This document shows, piece by piece, positions 39,609 through 51,586 of a DNA stretch of 64,000 bases (position 1 is its first letter; each line of letters begins with the position of its first letter). The stretch is from positions 35,664,311 to 35,728,310 of the forward strand of contig NC_068994.1 of assembly GCF_001194135.2 (NCBI RefSeq), given 5' to 3'. The notes below the pieces were generated by a model, which had not been told where the DNA came from, did no database searches, and saw only the letters and a list, made by a program, of their open reading frames with translations. Both the position numbers and the translations under genes were made by a program. This stretch comes from Octopus bimaculoides (Eukaryota).

Positions 39609-39944
39609 TTATGTATGTATATGTATGTATGTGTAGATATATATATATATATATATATATGTGCACATACATACACACACACATATATATATACATACAT
39701 ACAAACTTACATTTTAAATATGTATATATATTTAAATATATATATATATGAATAATGCACACACACACACAAAAACACACATTTACCAACACGCACTCAC
39801 ATATACACTCATACACACATGAAAGTATTTTCTTCAACCCATTTAGCCTTTAATAACAAAATGTCCAATCACCCATAAACACCTAGACACATCAGCAATA
39901 TTCCAGAACACTGCTGCAATACCATTCTAGAATCACCATCTCAC

Positions 39945-39953
39945 CTGTTTTGT
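39945..39953 (-). CDS. Candidate 9-nt microexon ACAAAACAG
   Basis: Minus strand reads tgctttatgttttttttcctag|ACAAAACAG|gtgaga: strong acceptor and strong donor 9 nt apart, frame-preserving. Confidence 0.45.
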
Positions 39954-40760
39954 CTAGGAAAAAAAACATAAAGCATATATCTGTTCTGAACTATAAACCA
40001 ATATCAGTTGCAACACTAGGCCAATACACTCTGTTGAATTATCAAACATTTGTAATAAATCCCAATGAGCTAAGACTGTTGCTCACTGACTGAGTAGACT
40101 GGTTGTGGTGGCTATCATAGCGACAGTAAGNNNNNNNNNNNNNNNNNNNNNNNNNNNNNNNNNNNNNNNNNNNNNNNNNNNNNNNNNNNNNNNNNNNNNN
40201 NNNNNNNNNNNNNNNNNNNNNNNNNNNNNNNNNNNNNNNNNNNNNNNNNNNNNNNNNNNNNNNNNNNNNNNNNNNNNNNNNNNNNNNNNNNNNNNNNNNN
40301 NNNNNNNNNNNNNNNNNNNNNNNNNNNNNNNNNNNNNNNNNNNNNNNNNNNNNNNNNNNNNNNNNNNNNNNNNNNNNNNNNNNNNNNNNNNNNNNNNNNN
40401 NNNNNNNNNNNNNNNNNNNNNNNNNNNNNNNNNNNNNNNNNNNNNNNNNNNNNNNNNNNNNNNNNNNNNNNNNNNNNNNNNNNNNNNNNNNNNNNNNNNN
40501 NNNNNNNNNNNNNNNNNNNNNNNNNNNNNNNNNNNNNNNNNNNNNNNNNNNNNNNNNNNNNNNNNNNNNNNNNNNNNNNNNNNNNNNNNNNNNNNNNNNN
40601 NNNNNNNNNNNNNNNNNNNNNNNNNNNNNNNNNNNNNNNNNNNNNNNNNNNNNNNNNNNNNNNNNNNNNNNNNNNNNNNNNNNNNTATATATATATATAT
40701 ATACATACACACACATATATATATAATATATCATATATATGTGTGTGTGTGTTTGTGGAT

Positions 40761-40796
<36 letters not shown>

Positions 40797-40984
40797 CTAT
40801 CTGTGTGTGTGTACGTATGTATGTCTTCTGTAAGTCAAGGGTACATAATTCATTACTCAATCTTGGTAGAAATAGCATTGAAATTGCATTTGATTTCACT
40901 CTGTTTCTTGCCTCACCTCCTTAAAACAAGGAAGGACACGTTGAATCATGTATTTCTTCAGAATCATTGAAAGCTACAAACTAG

Positions 40985-41130
40985 AAAGGTAGTGAATTGG
41001 TGGACTTGTTAGCTAACTGGATAGAATGACAGAAGTTATTTTCTTTCTAACATTTTGTACTCTGAGTTCAAACCCTGCCAAGGTTAACTTTAGCATTTAT
41101 CATTTTAGGTTTGAAAACAAAAATTCCTTC
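40985..41130 (+). mobile_element. SINE family B fragment
   Basis: tctgagttcaaaccctgccaaggttaactttagcatttatc. Confidence 0.5.
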
Positions 41131-41315
41131 AGCTGTTCTGTCAAATCTGTTCAACTCAGCACCCTTTCCCTCAGATATATATCAGTGGTATAGACAGGAG
41201 AATCTTGTATGCATCGTCTGAAGAGGACAGCTAGTTTTCCTCAAAAGAATAAATCTTGCGCAAGCTACCCATACATGTGCATATGCATTGTCAATATGGA
41301 CCAACAGATGTCCTA

Positions 41316-41531
41316 TAAGGGGATGCTGAAAAGTTTCTGGCTTTAAGGGCATCGCAAAAGGCCTGGTTGGAGGTCCAACCTTCCAAGTTCTTTTACAGGC
41401 TTAGAAAAACTGAAGGGCCACAACAATAGGTGTGTGAATCTGAGAGGGGAATATATTGAATATAATCATAATTAAGTGATCCTCCTGTATTTTGTTTTAC
41501 CCTAAGCCAGGAACTTTCCAGCATCCTCTTC
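41316..41531 (+). mobile_element. Mariner-derived MITE-like deletion derivative
   Basis: About 30-bp imperfect TIRs (ggggatgctgaaaagtttctggct / agccaggaactttccagcatcctc). Internal GLEKLKGHNNRCVNLRGEYIE resembles the mariner C-terminus. Confidence 0.7.
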
Positions 41532-41589
41532 TCATTTAGAGCAGCTTATGCATCGCATAAACAATAGCAAAATGCAGCAAAGGTTCAAT

Positions 41590-41990
41590 AACCCACCTAC
41601 TGGATCTAGCAAACATTTGCATCTAAATACCATCCAAGGATATGTAAACCACATTGATAATCACTAACTACGACCAATTTGTAGTAGTGGAAATACTCAT
41701 GGTACAGCTAGCATGGTAACAACGCCAGTTAATGGATTCAGGACTGCCTTATATACAAATAAATATGATAAATGCTCATGCAGAGATAAATCAAAATGTT
41801 CTTTGATGAATCTCAGTATGAGTACAAATCTTGTATATAAATGTATCGTGTGCACACAAGGGAAGGGCCCTATGTTTACATTGGGCAGACAGCTGATTCA
41901 TTTAAGAATCGATATTGTAACTATGTTGCCAGATTTAAGACAATCCATAAGAGGCATTCAACATCTTTGGCAGATTAAGCTAATCTGCAT
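41590..41990 (+). mobile_element. Penelope-like element fragment (GIY-YIG endonuclease)
   Basis: CSCRDKSKC...NLVYKCIV, then after a frameshift YVYIGQTADSFKNRYCN. Confidence 0.7.
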
Positions 41991-42134
41991 TTCTGCCCCA
42001 TCTGATTATCTTTCATTCTGCAGTCTTTACACTCATTTGAAATATAACCCAACACATGCACACATGGATAGGGACAAGGGGAGAGGGAGAGGGTTCACTG
42101 AATAATTATTATTTAATTGTGCTGAATCTGGAAA

Positions 42135-43850
42135 ATGCTTATACAGTGTGGTGCCAACATCTTGGTATTTTCTCAGCATGCTTATTTATCAAGTGTTTGT
42201 TACTTAACAGGATGCACAAGGCTTCTTTAAGGCACAAGTCACATACGTCAGATAGTGTATTATATGGGTGTACTGGCTTTATCATTGACCATTCTCTCTC
42301 ATATTTTATATTTCCTTCTTTTAATCTACATATTAGGTCCACTGGTGATGTTGTGTGCTGCCAGCTTATCTTTCAGAATGAGGAGATAGGGTTGTGATAC
42401 TGGACCTTAAATCGGTTTCCATAGGCTCCTATGTATACATATCTATGTTGTGATATGATGATAGTGCATTTGTATATGATGTTTTGTTGCATGCATTGGT
42501 TCCCGAGCAGACATGCAGATTTCTTGCAACAGCTGCAATTATTTGCACTATTATTATTTTTATAGTTATCTGGTGACTTTTTGTTTTTGTTTTTGTGACG
42601 TTCCAGTTGATTAGCAGTGTTTGAAGTGTTCTTGATGTTATAGTCTGTTTTGCTGATTCTTTTTTGAGTTTTTGTTTGAATCCTATTATAACTGTTGGGG
42701 TTGCTATCCATATTTCTTTGATCCCTATTGTGTTTATTTTTGTTATTGTTCCAATACCCTGAGTTGTTTTGATCTGTTTGTTCCTTGCCTGTGGTTGTTG
42801 TTTGCATGTATATATTTTTATTGGTGTATTTGTATATGTAGTACTCCATGTTGTTCGATGTGGCATGTGATACTTTCATTGTGTATGTTGTTGAAGATAC
42901 AATGGTATTTATGTGTTTTAGGGAAGCACCTGTCTAACACTGCTAGGAATTGTTTACCTATCTTTGATGATATTTGCAATCCGGAAATTGGGTTAAACTA
43001 TAGAACCTCAGAATTTTTGTATTTTTGTTTGGTTCCTTTTGGCTATTTTGTATGTTGTTGGCATTTTGTGCGTTGTTTTTGCTATTATGGTTATTCTTTT
43101 GGGTTTTGTTTATTTTTTCCTATCTTTCCATTGTGTCTTGGGTTTTTGTGTTTTTATTGTTATATGTATGTTGTTTTTCATGTGTGAGTTTCTACTTTAG
43201 GTGCGTGGGTGTTAGTAATATTTAGGGCTTCACCAGGTGTGAACTTAATTTTTTCCTTATACCCGACCATAGCTAGTGCTTCATTGTAGTAAGGTGCATG
43301 TATGTTGAATATTGTATCATTGGCTGACAGGCATGATATTCTGGTAGTCATGTTCCTAACTATCCCTTTCGTTATGGATGGTAGAGGATTGAACTTTACA
43401 TTTATGTATCTTAGACACTCGTTTGGTTTGTGGTATGGTTCGTAATCCCTGTTTGTAAGTTAAAAGTAACATCTAGGAAATTTACCTTACGGTAATTACT
43501 GCCTATGGTCACAGATATGCTGAAATTTTAAAATAATTTGTGCAGTTTTTTTTCTGTATCTCTCTATTTCTATTTTAGTGCAATTATCTATTATGAAAAG
43601 GGCATTGTCTCTGTATAGACCCCCCCCTTCCCCCGCTATTTGTGGGAATGAGGATTTTATGTGGAATAAGAAGTAAATTCCAACGATATCCATGACCTGA
43701 GCTGAGTCACGTGAACCCATTGGTGTATCAAAGGAATTCATTCTATCTGATCTAATCCATAGTTTGTTGTCATAATTAATAACAGTTTGTCGTGCTATTA
43801 ACATTATGTCTACATCTGACTTAGATAAGCTAGAAATTTTCATTGCAAAT
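42135..43850 (-). mobile_element. Penelope-like element, 5'-truncated (RT palm and thumb plus GIY-YIG)
   Basis: FDTPMGSRDSAQVMDIVG, GLYRDN, VNFLDVTFNL, FNPI...IGKQFL...FPKTH, NIIYKC...YVYIG...FK, and C-terminal CDLCLKEALCIL. Confidence 0.9.
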
Positions 43851-43914
43851 ATGAGTGCTTTGTTGAGTATTATAGTGTTATAATACTTTGTTGAGTATTA
43901 TAGGGTTATAATAC

Positions 43915-44225
43915 AAGGCCCAACACTTGAAAGGAGCTCAGCCACTTTGCCTCTGTGAGGCCCAGTGCTCAAAAGGTGTTTTTTATGTGCCACCAGCACA
44001 AGTGCACTTGGCTTGATGGGTCCTCTCAAGCACAGCACATTGCCTTGCCAAAAGTCTCTTTCATTAGTCATTGCTTCTGTAAGGCTCAAAGTTCAAAGAT
44101 CATGCTTCATCATACCGTCTCATGTCTACCTCTACCACAGGTTCCCTCCACAGTTAGAGATCAGCACTTCTTTATACAGCTGTCCTCGGCATTAAACTGC
44201 ATCTGGAGGTGAGACATCAGTTCTG
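43915..44225 (-). mobile_element. RTE-clade LINE 3' fragment (end of ORF2 and start of 3' UTR)
   Basis: EDSCIKKC*SLTVEGTCGRGR...LTEAMTNERDFW, the RTE ORF2 C-terminal motif. The following UTR resembles the GAT-tailed repeats elsewhere in the window. Confidence 0.75.
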
Positions 44226-45393
44226 GAGTTATCCCTTAATTGCCATTACTCTCAGGTATATTCTGAGGAAGAATGTTAATAGCTGTCAGGGTCCCATCTT
44301 TAGGTCAGATTTCCCTGGAGTAGGAGACACGCCATGTGGAAGGCAGCTCTTCTAGAAGGAAGATACTCTGACATAAAACTTACAGTCAAGTTAGTACCAG
44401 TCATCTTACAATGCCTATTACAGGAACCTGCTATAACAACCAAGATAGTGGCAAAAGTGATGTACAAGATTTTGTCACTTAAATCCAATGACATACAGGT
44501 GTCTAACTCTCATTCATGAGACAACTGTCATCTGTCAATCATCATATGTTGAGGCAATCATCATATATTGAGGAAATCATATGCTGAGGCAATCATCATA
44601 CTAAGCATTTTGTCAGATGCTTTAGCAATTCTGTTAGCTCACCACTTTTAGTGCAGCATATCATGATATGAATTTTGCCTTTTTCAGTTGAGATAATTTC
44701 ACTTGATATGTCCTGGAGGGTTTGTACTACTTGAAGTGAAGGGAAATTCTATCTACTTCCATTTTTTTGTAAGCAGAAATACATAATGTTTTCTCTTTGC
44801 CCACTTCTTGATTATCTTCTGTGGTAAAGAAAAGTTCCATCAGTTCGTTTTGAATTAAAGGAAAGTTTACCTTCACACAGCTTCTATATGAACCAATCAA
44901 GATATTTGGTTTAATGTAAGTGTTGCTAATACTATTGTTGTTATTACTGTCATTGTCTTCCAAATAACTTGAGTATTTGGAGCATTTTCCTCTACTAATT
45001 GTTCACTATAATGTTTGTTGTTTTCTTCTTATACATTCAGTTGTATATTTTGCTTTTGTATTATTTTTTAACTGTTGTAGTGTTTTGTTGTGTAGCATAA
45101 TTATGTGCGGTAACCATTTTAGATATGAAAATGTAAAGTGTGTGAACAAAATTTTTAAAGTTTGTGAAAAAAGACTGATTTTTTTTCTAGTCTGTTGTCT
45201 ATCCTTGGGAATCAAGGGCAGCCTCTTCTTAGACAATTGTTTTTAAAAAAACTCCAAAGAAAATTATATTTGGTAATACTTGAATAAATGTGCTTTGAAG
45301 GGAGAAGCAAAAAAACAATGTTTTCACACTCGAAGAGTCAAATTTATTGTTGCTGTTGTTGTTGTTAGTAGTAGTAGTAGTAGCAGCAGCAGC

Positions 45394-45460
<67 letters not shown>

Positions 45461-45587
45461 ATTCAACATTAACACATNNNNNNNNNNNNNNNNNNNNNNN
45501 NNNNNNNNNNNNNNNNNNNNNNNNTGTGTGCGTGCGTGCGTGTGTGTGTGTGTGTGTGTGGGTGCGTGTGTGTGTGTGTGTGCGTGC

Positions 45588-45627
<40 letters not shown>

Positions 45628-45916
45628 GCAAGAGAGAGGGCTGCCACATGTACTTTTGTGTAATTCCATTTATAATTTCTCATCAATTTTATTTTGTCCA
45701 TTATTATATTATATTGTAATGTTTCATAATGTAATGTTTTTTACTGGTGCCCTCAAGGAAATGAAAATAAATCATTTAATAATATTTTATTGTTATATAA
45801 AAAATACATATGCACACATGTATATATACACAGATGTAAGTAGATGAATGTAAGTATGTGCATATACATACATATATACATACAAACATACATAAATACC
45901 TATATATATATATATA

Positions 45917-45967
<51 letters not shown>

Positions 45968-45977
45968 NNNNNNNNNN

Positions 45978-46013
<36 letters not shown>

Positions 46014-46032
46014 TAATACATACGTAAATACC

Positions 46033-46064
<32 letters not shown>

Positions 46065-46170
46065 TATATATATATATATATATATACGTGCTTGCTTTAA
46101 ACCCAATGAATATTTGTTTTCTTGCCTATTACTGTATTTTATTGTAAAATCTATTATGTTCTGTTGTAGA

Positions 46171-46949
46171 CAGAACTCGTATAAAAGCCTGGCAGATGGA
46201 TTGTACCTGTAAATTGAAGGTCCAACTCTTCTTACATGGTATCGTACTGATTTTGTTTGAAAATTACATTAAGGATGCACATGTCTGTGGAATACTCAAC
46301 CACTTATACTCTTATTCAATAAACCTGGTAGTTCAGTTAATTGAACAGCTGAACTCTTATGGTTGTAAATTCTTTCTAAATTCCATATATAGCAGCATGT
46401 ATATGTATACGTGTATGTCTGTGTGTGTGTGTATAAATATTTATGCATACATTTATGTAAACACATACGTTCATATGTGTGTGTGTTTATCTATAGAGAG
46501 AGAGCGGAGACAGACAGACAGACAGATAGACCGAGAGATGGGCACTCTGTTAGTTATGACGATGAGGGTTCCCGTTGATCCAATCAACATAACATCCTGC
46601 TCATGAAATTAACATGCATGTGGTTGAGCACACCACGGACACATGCATCCTTAATGTAGGCCCCAGGAGGATTCAGTGCGACATAGACTGTGACATGGCT
46701 GGCCCTTTGAAATACAGGTAATGTATTTCAAAGGGCCAGCCATGTCAGGTACCTGTATTTCAAAAGGCCAGCCATGTCACACTGAATCTTCTTGAGAACT
46801 ACATTAAGGATACATGTGTATGTGGTGTTCTCAGCCACATGCACATTAATTTCATGAGCAAGATGTTATGTTGATTGGATCAACAGGAACCCTCATCGTC
46901 ATAACCAACAGAATGCCAGTCTCTCTCTGTGTCTCTCTCTGACTGTCTG

Positions 46950-46984
<35 letters not shown>

Positions 46985-47291
46985 AAGCGCACATATATAT
47001 GAACATATGTGTTTACATGAATGCATGCATAAATATATTTATACACTCACACAGAGTGCAGAGACACATACATTCACATATGCTGCTAAGAACTTACAAC
47101 CATAAGAGTTCAGCTGTTCAATTAACTGAACTACCAGGTTTATTGAATAAGTGTATAAGTGGTTGAGTATTCCACAGACGTGTGCATCCTTAATGTAATT
47201 TTCAAACAGAATTAGCACGATACTATGTAAGAAGAGTTGGACCTTCAAATTACAAATACAATCCATCTGCCGGGCTTTTATACGATTTCTG
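46171..47291. repeat. About 1.1-kb imperfect inverted duplication (fold-back)
   Basis: Arms 46171-46716 and 46754-47291 are reverse complements across two SINE-tail fragments and a microsatellite. The ORF track shows near-identical peptides at 46196 (+) and 47266 (-). Confidence 0.95.
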
Positions 47292-47329
47292 ATAGGTATT
47301 TATATATGTATGTATCACCAGTATCAAAG

Positions 47330-48350
47330 CATAAAAAGTATTCTAAATGCCCTAAAATCATCAGAACACCTGAATTTATCTAACAAGTTCAACAGACCAT
47401 TGATTGCAATCCAAGAAAGTCCATAAAGTCAATTGCAAAAGATCTCCATGTGTCAGAAGGAGCAGTCAGAAATGTTGTCCATGAAGACATCAGATATAAG
47501 TCTTATATGGTGAGGAAAGGTCAATTTGTCAGAAAAAGCGAAAGAAAATCATCACATCAGATCTAAAAGGCTCTNNNNNNNNNNNNNNNNNNNNNNNNNN
47601 NNNNNNNNNNNNNNNNNNNNNNNNNNNNNNNNNNNNNNNNNNNNNNNNNNNNNNNNNNNNNNNNNNNNNNNNNNNNNNNNNNNNNNNNNNNNNNNNNNNN
47701 NNNNNNNNNNNNNNNNNNNNNNNNNNNNNNNNNNNNNNNNNNNNNNNNNNNNNNNNNNNNNNNNNNNNNNNNNNNNNNNNNNNNNNNNNNNNNNNNNNNN
47801 NNNNNNNNNNNNNNNNNNNNNNNNNNNNNNNNNNNNNNNNNNNNNNNNNNNNNNNNNNNNNNNNNNNNNNNNNNNNNNNNNNNNNNNNNNNNNNNNNNNN
47901 NNNNNNNNNNNNNNNNNNNNNNNNNNNNNNNNNNNNNNNNNNNNNNNNNNNNNNNNNNNNNNNNNNNNNNNNNNNNNNNNNNNGATCACATAACCCCTAA
48001 CATTCGGCTTCCTAATTCCCCAGATCTCAATGCATTGGACTATTACACATAGTGCGTCATTGTGACTGAGGTCAATGAACAAGCCCATAACACCAAAGAT
48101 TCTTTGAAAGCTGCCATAGTCAGAGTAATGTCCAAAATGAACCAGGACCACTTGATTCAAGCATGTAGATGATTTAGATCGCATATAGAAGCAGTTGTTG
48201 AAACTGAAAGTGGTTTTATTGAATAACATTATAGAAAAGAAGGTTTATTTTTATCCTCATAGCATTTTTTGATAAATAAAGTTATCTGTTATTATATATC
48301 TGTTTTATGATAAGCATAAATCTGTCCTCAAATATCTTATGCCCCCTATA
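47330..48350 (+). mobile_element. maT/DD37D-type Tc1-mariner transposase remnant spanning a gap
   Basis: NPRKSIKSIAKDLHVSEGAVRNVVHEDIRYKSY, then PNSPDLNALDY and C-terminal FRSHIEAVVETESGFIE*. Confidence 0.8.
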
Positions 48351-48551
48351 TGTGTATGTATATATACATATATATATACATGAGGTATAGTAGTTAGGGT
48401 ATTAGTGGTCAGATGTTGAAGTGATTGCAGAACAATGTGAGATGAAGTGCTTTGTCCTCAAGAACACAATGCACCATCCAGTGATCGAACCAGCACTTTT
48501 GCAACCTTGAGTACAACACCTTAACCACTAGGTAATGCATCCTCATATATA

Positions 48552-48587
<36 letters not shown>

Positions 48588-49955
48588 GAAGCAGGCGTTT
48601 TGGGGTGGATACATGGGTGTTCGTTTTTGGTATGTTGAATCTTTTGTTTATTTTTATATCTTCTGACCATACTATACTGATGATCGAAAGTTACATATTA
48701 TTGTAATAATTGGGAAATCGTTCGATATATAGTTAAGTCTTTTTTTAAGAGGCCAATTTTTGGGAATTGCATTTTCCTCGTGTTCAGTAAAAATGTGTTT
48801 ATTATGGTAGCTGAACGTGAGGCATTACTCTATAGTAATGCCCTTATATGAATATATATATATATATATATATATATANNNNNNNNNNTGTTTATGTGTC
48901 AAATAGAATTTGTTGATGCAGACTTTATACAGCCAGATGCTCCTTCTGTTGCCAACCCTCACTTGTTTTCTAAGTAAGACAAAATTTTCCCTTGGCCTGA
49001 CATGTTTTCATGAAAGACTAGGAATAACTAACATTGCTAGTTCACTGGAAACATGTAACAACAATATTTTTTTTTTTTTGCAAAATATAAGTAATTTAAC
49101 AGTACCTTTTAAATGTGTGTGGGTTGGATGGTGATATGCCACTCTGCCAATTAATGATATTTTACCATTCATAAGGTTAAAATAAAATGGTAGAATTTGA
49201 AGAAAATAGCAACGACCTGTGATAGCAACTAATAAGTCCAAATATCTGTAATAAAGTGGAGCAAATTGATTTGCCACGAGGAAGATGAATGACTATTAAC
49301 TAACATCATCTACGGAATCCTTCATCAATGAGATGTAAAATAAGTTATTCTGGTTTGCAAAATATTTGGTACTTCTTCATATAAATGTTATATTTTTATC
49401 CTCTATTTTACTCATCAGCTGGTTGGTTAAGACCATAGTGAATCACTGACATTTATGGTATTTTAATTTTCTTTAATTGTTATATAATCCTTTAGCATAT
49501 GAATCGACCAAATCCTGTCAAAATAATCTACCTGCTTTATGTTCAAATTGGCTGAATCTGGCCTCTCACTCCCACCCTACAATTTCATTCTAAACATAAT
49601 CTACTGTGTCAGAACCTTGAAGCTACAAGATAATGCACGAATAATGCAAAACAACATGAATGAATAAGCATCACATTTAACAGAATAAGCTGAATGCTAA
49701 AGGGTTAATGCAAGATTAGCCCTTACTATGCAGATTTATGATTTAAAGGCATTCCAGCTATGATAATCAGTCTCTTGTTTTGAAGAGATAAATTATTTAT
49801 CTCCTATTAATTGTGTTTTTTTTAACATTTTTGAAGAAAATAAGATGGAAATTAATGTAATTTGGTTTCTGTTTCTAGCAAATTCACTGACTACATAAAG
49901 CTATGTAAGTTCTTTCATTGGTCAGTTTTTATGTATTATTTCTTTGTATACTCAC

Positions 49956-50073
49956 CAGGTAATGTTTCGTAGTGTTCAGCAGTTAATTCATTCCAAGTGT
50001 GATCAGATGACAGTAATATGTGCTGCTCTTCTTTGCCTAAGCTTGAAGCTAATGCAGCCTCCTGGATGCACAT
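49956..50073 (-). CDS. Internal coding exon (118 nt, phase 0 to 1) of an unidentified minus-strand gene: MCIQEAALASSLGKEEQHILLSSDHTWNELTAEHYETLP
   Basis: Long poly-T tract then ttcttacag acceptor, and a strong CTG|GTGAGT donor. The phase-0 frame is open and non-repetitive and fits 39 codons + 1 nt; the phase-1 frame hits a stop. No recognisable family motif. Confidence 0.75.
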
Positions 50074-50839
50074 CTGTAAGAATTAAGATATCAAAAAAAA
50101 AAAAAAAAGAAGGGGGAAAAGAAAAAAAAGCAAGAGCTTAATAATGCTATGATACTGATAAGGTAAGATGAATAACATAGATATACAGTGGGTGTATATG
50201 GAGAAGGACCTTCCCACAAAAATAAAGACGTCAAAAAGCATTTATAGTGAATGTATCAGTAACTATTGTGCAGGGAAGTGTTGTATTTAAATAGAGAGAG
50301 AGAGGAAATAGAGAAAGAGAGAGAGAAGATAAAAATTATTATAATACAAAACAGGGAAAAAAAAAACACGAACAGTACAAAACTGAAAAATAAAGAGAAA
50401 AAATGAATTAAAAATAAGTGATGCAAAAGCATAATAATAAAGAAAACAATTACAAAAAAAATATACATAAGAAATGAAATAAAAACATGTAACTGAAGCG
50501 GGTGAATAGGAGGGGGTTATAGGTTGAGATTTAGCTGAATTGGAAATAAATCACTGGTTATCTGATGAAAAGGCTTAGTCACCATTTGGATTGTCTAACC
50601 TTGGCTAGATTAACAGTTTATTGAGAATTCAATGTAACTGTCCCTTTTGTTCAAGGTTTTCCCCCCATATGATCAGCAGATAGAAAATAAACGAGCTTGC
50701 ATGCATATTACATATATATATATATATATTATTTATATTATATATATATATGTGTGTGTGTATATATATATATATGTATGCATGTATATAAGTATGTTTG
50801 TTGTATGCATGCATGCAATATATTCATTATATATATATT

Positions 50840-50895
<56 letters not shown>

Positions 50896-51257
50896 CACAC
50901 ACATAGTTATGCTTATATATACACTGATTGAAGTACAGATTCAGCACAGCTATACTTGAATATTATGTACAGCTAGCCAACATTAAGATATCAGATTCTA
51001 TTTCAGGTAACAATATATACATAGATTAGATCCAACACATATCTAATATAAAGGTATACTTATATGATATATTTTAGCACAATAAAACATGAACAAAATC
51101 AATATATTCATGAAATACATATACACATGATATGTGTATGCTTACACACACACATATATATATATGCATATATATATATATATATATACATATATACATT
51201 CATATCTAAAAATATATATATGCATATATATATACATATACATGCATACATACATAC

Positions 51258-51296
<39 letters not shown>

Positions 51297-51306
51297 NNNN
51301 NNNNNN

Positions 51307-51352
<46 letters not shown>

Positions 51353-51494
51353 CATACATTCTCACTAGTACTCTGCTGCCAGGGCATTTTAGTCAATAAT
51401 ACATACAAACATATACACATACACATGCACACATACACACACACATGCACGCACACACGCACACACACACAAATACATAACTTTGCCAAAATAG

Positions 51495-51586
51495 ACACTG
51501 GAGCATGATGCTGTCCTATTGGAATCCTTTCAAACCATCCAACCCATGCCAGCATGAAACACAGACATTAAATTATGATGATGATG

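Noticed and set aside
43859-43914. 28-bp tandem duplication at the PLE/RTE junction
   Set aside because: Ordinary junction slippage, and not CRISPR-like (no unique spacers).
44727-44963. 78-aa minus-strand ORF and a plus-strand AAT|GTAAGT donor
   Set aside because: Acceptors are weak on both strands and no consistent exon could be built.
46196-47266. Two near-identical ORFs suggesting a duplicated gene
   Set aside because: Both derive from SINE-tail sequence in the two arms of the inverted duplication.
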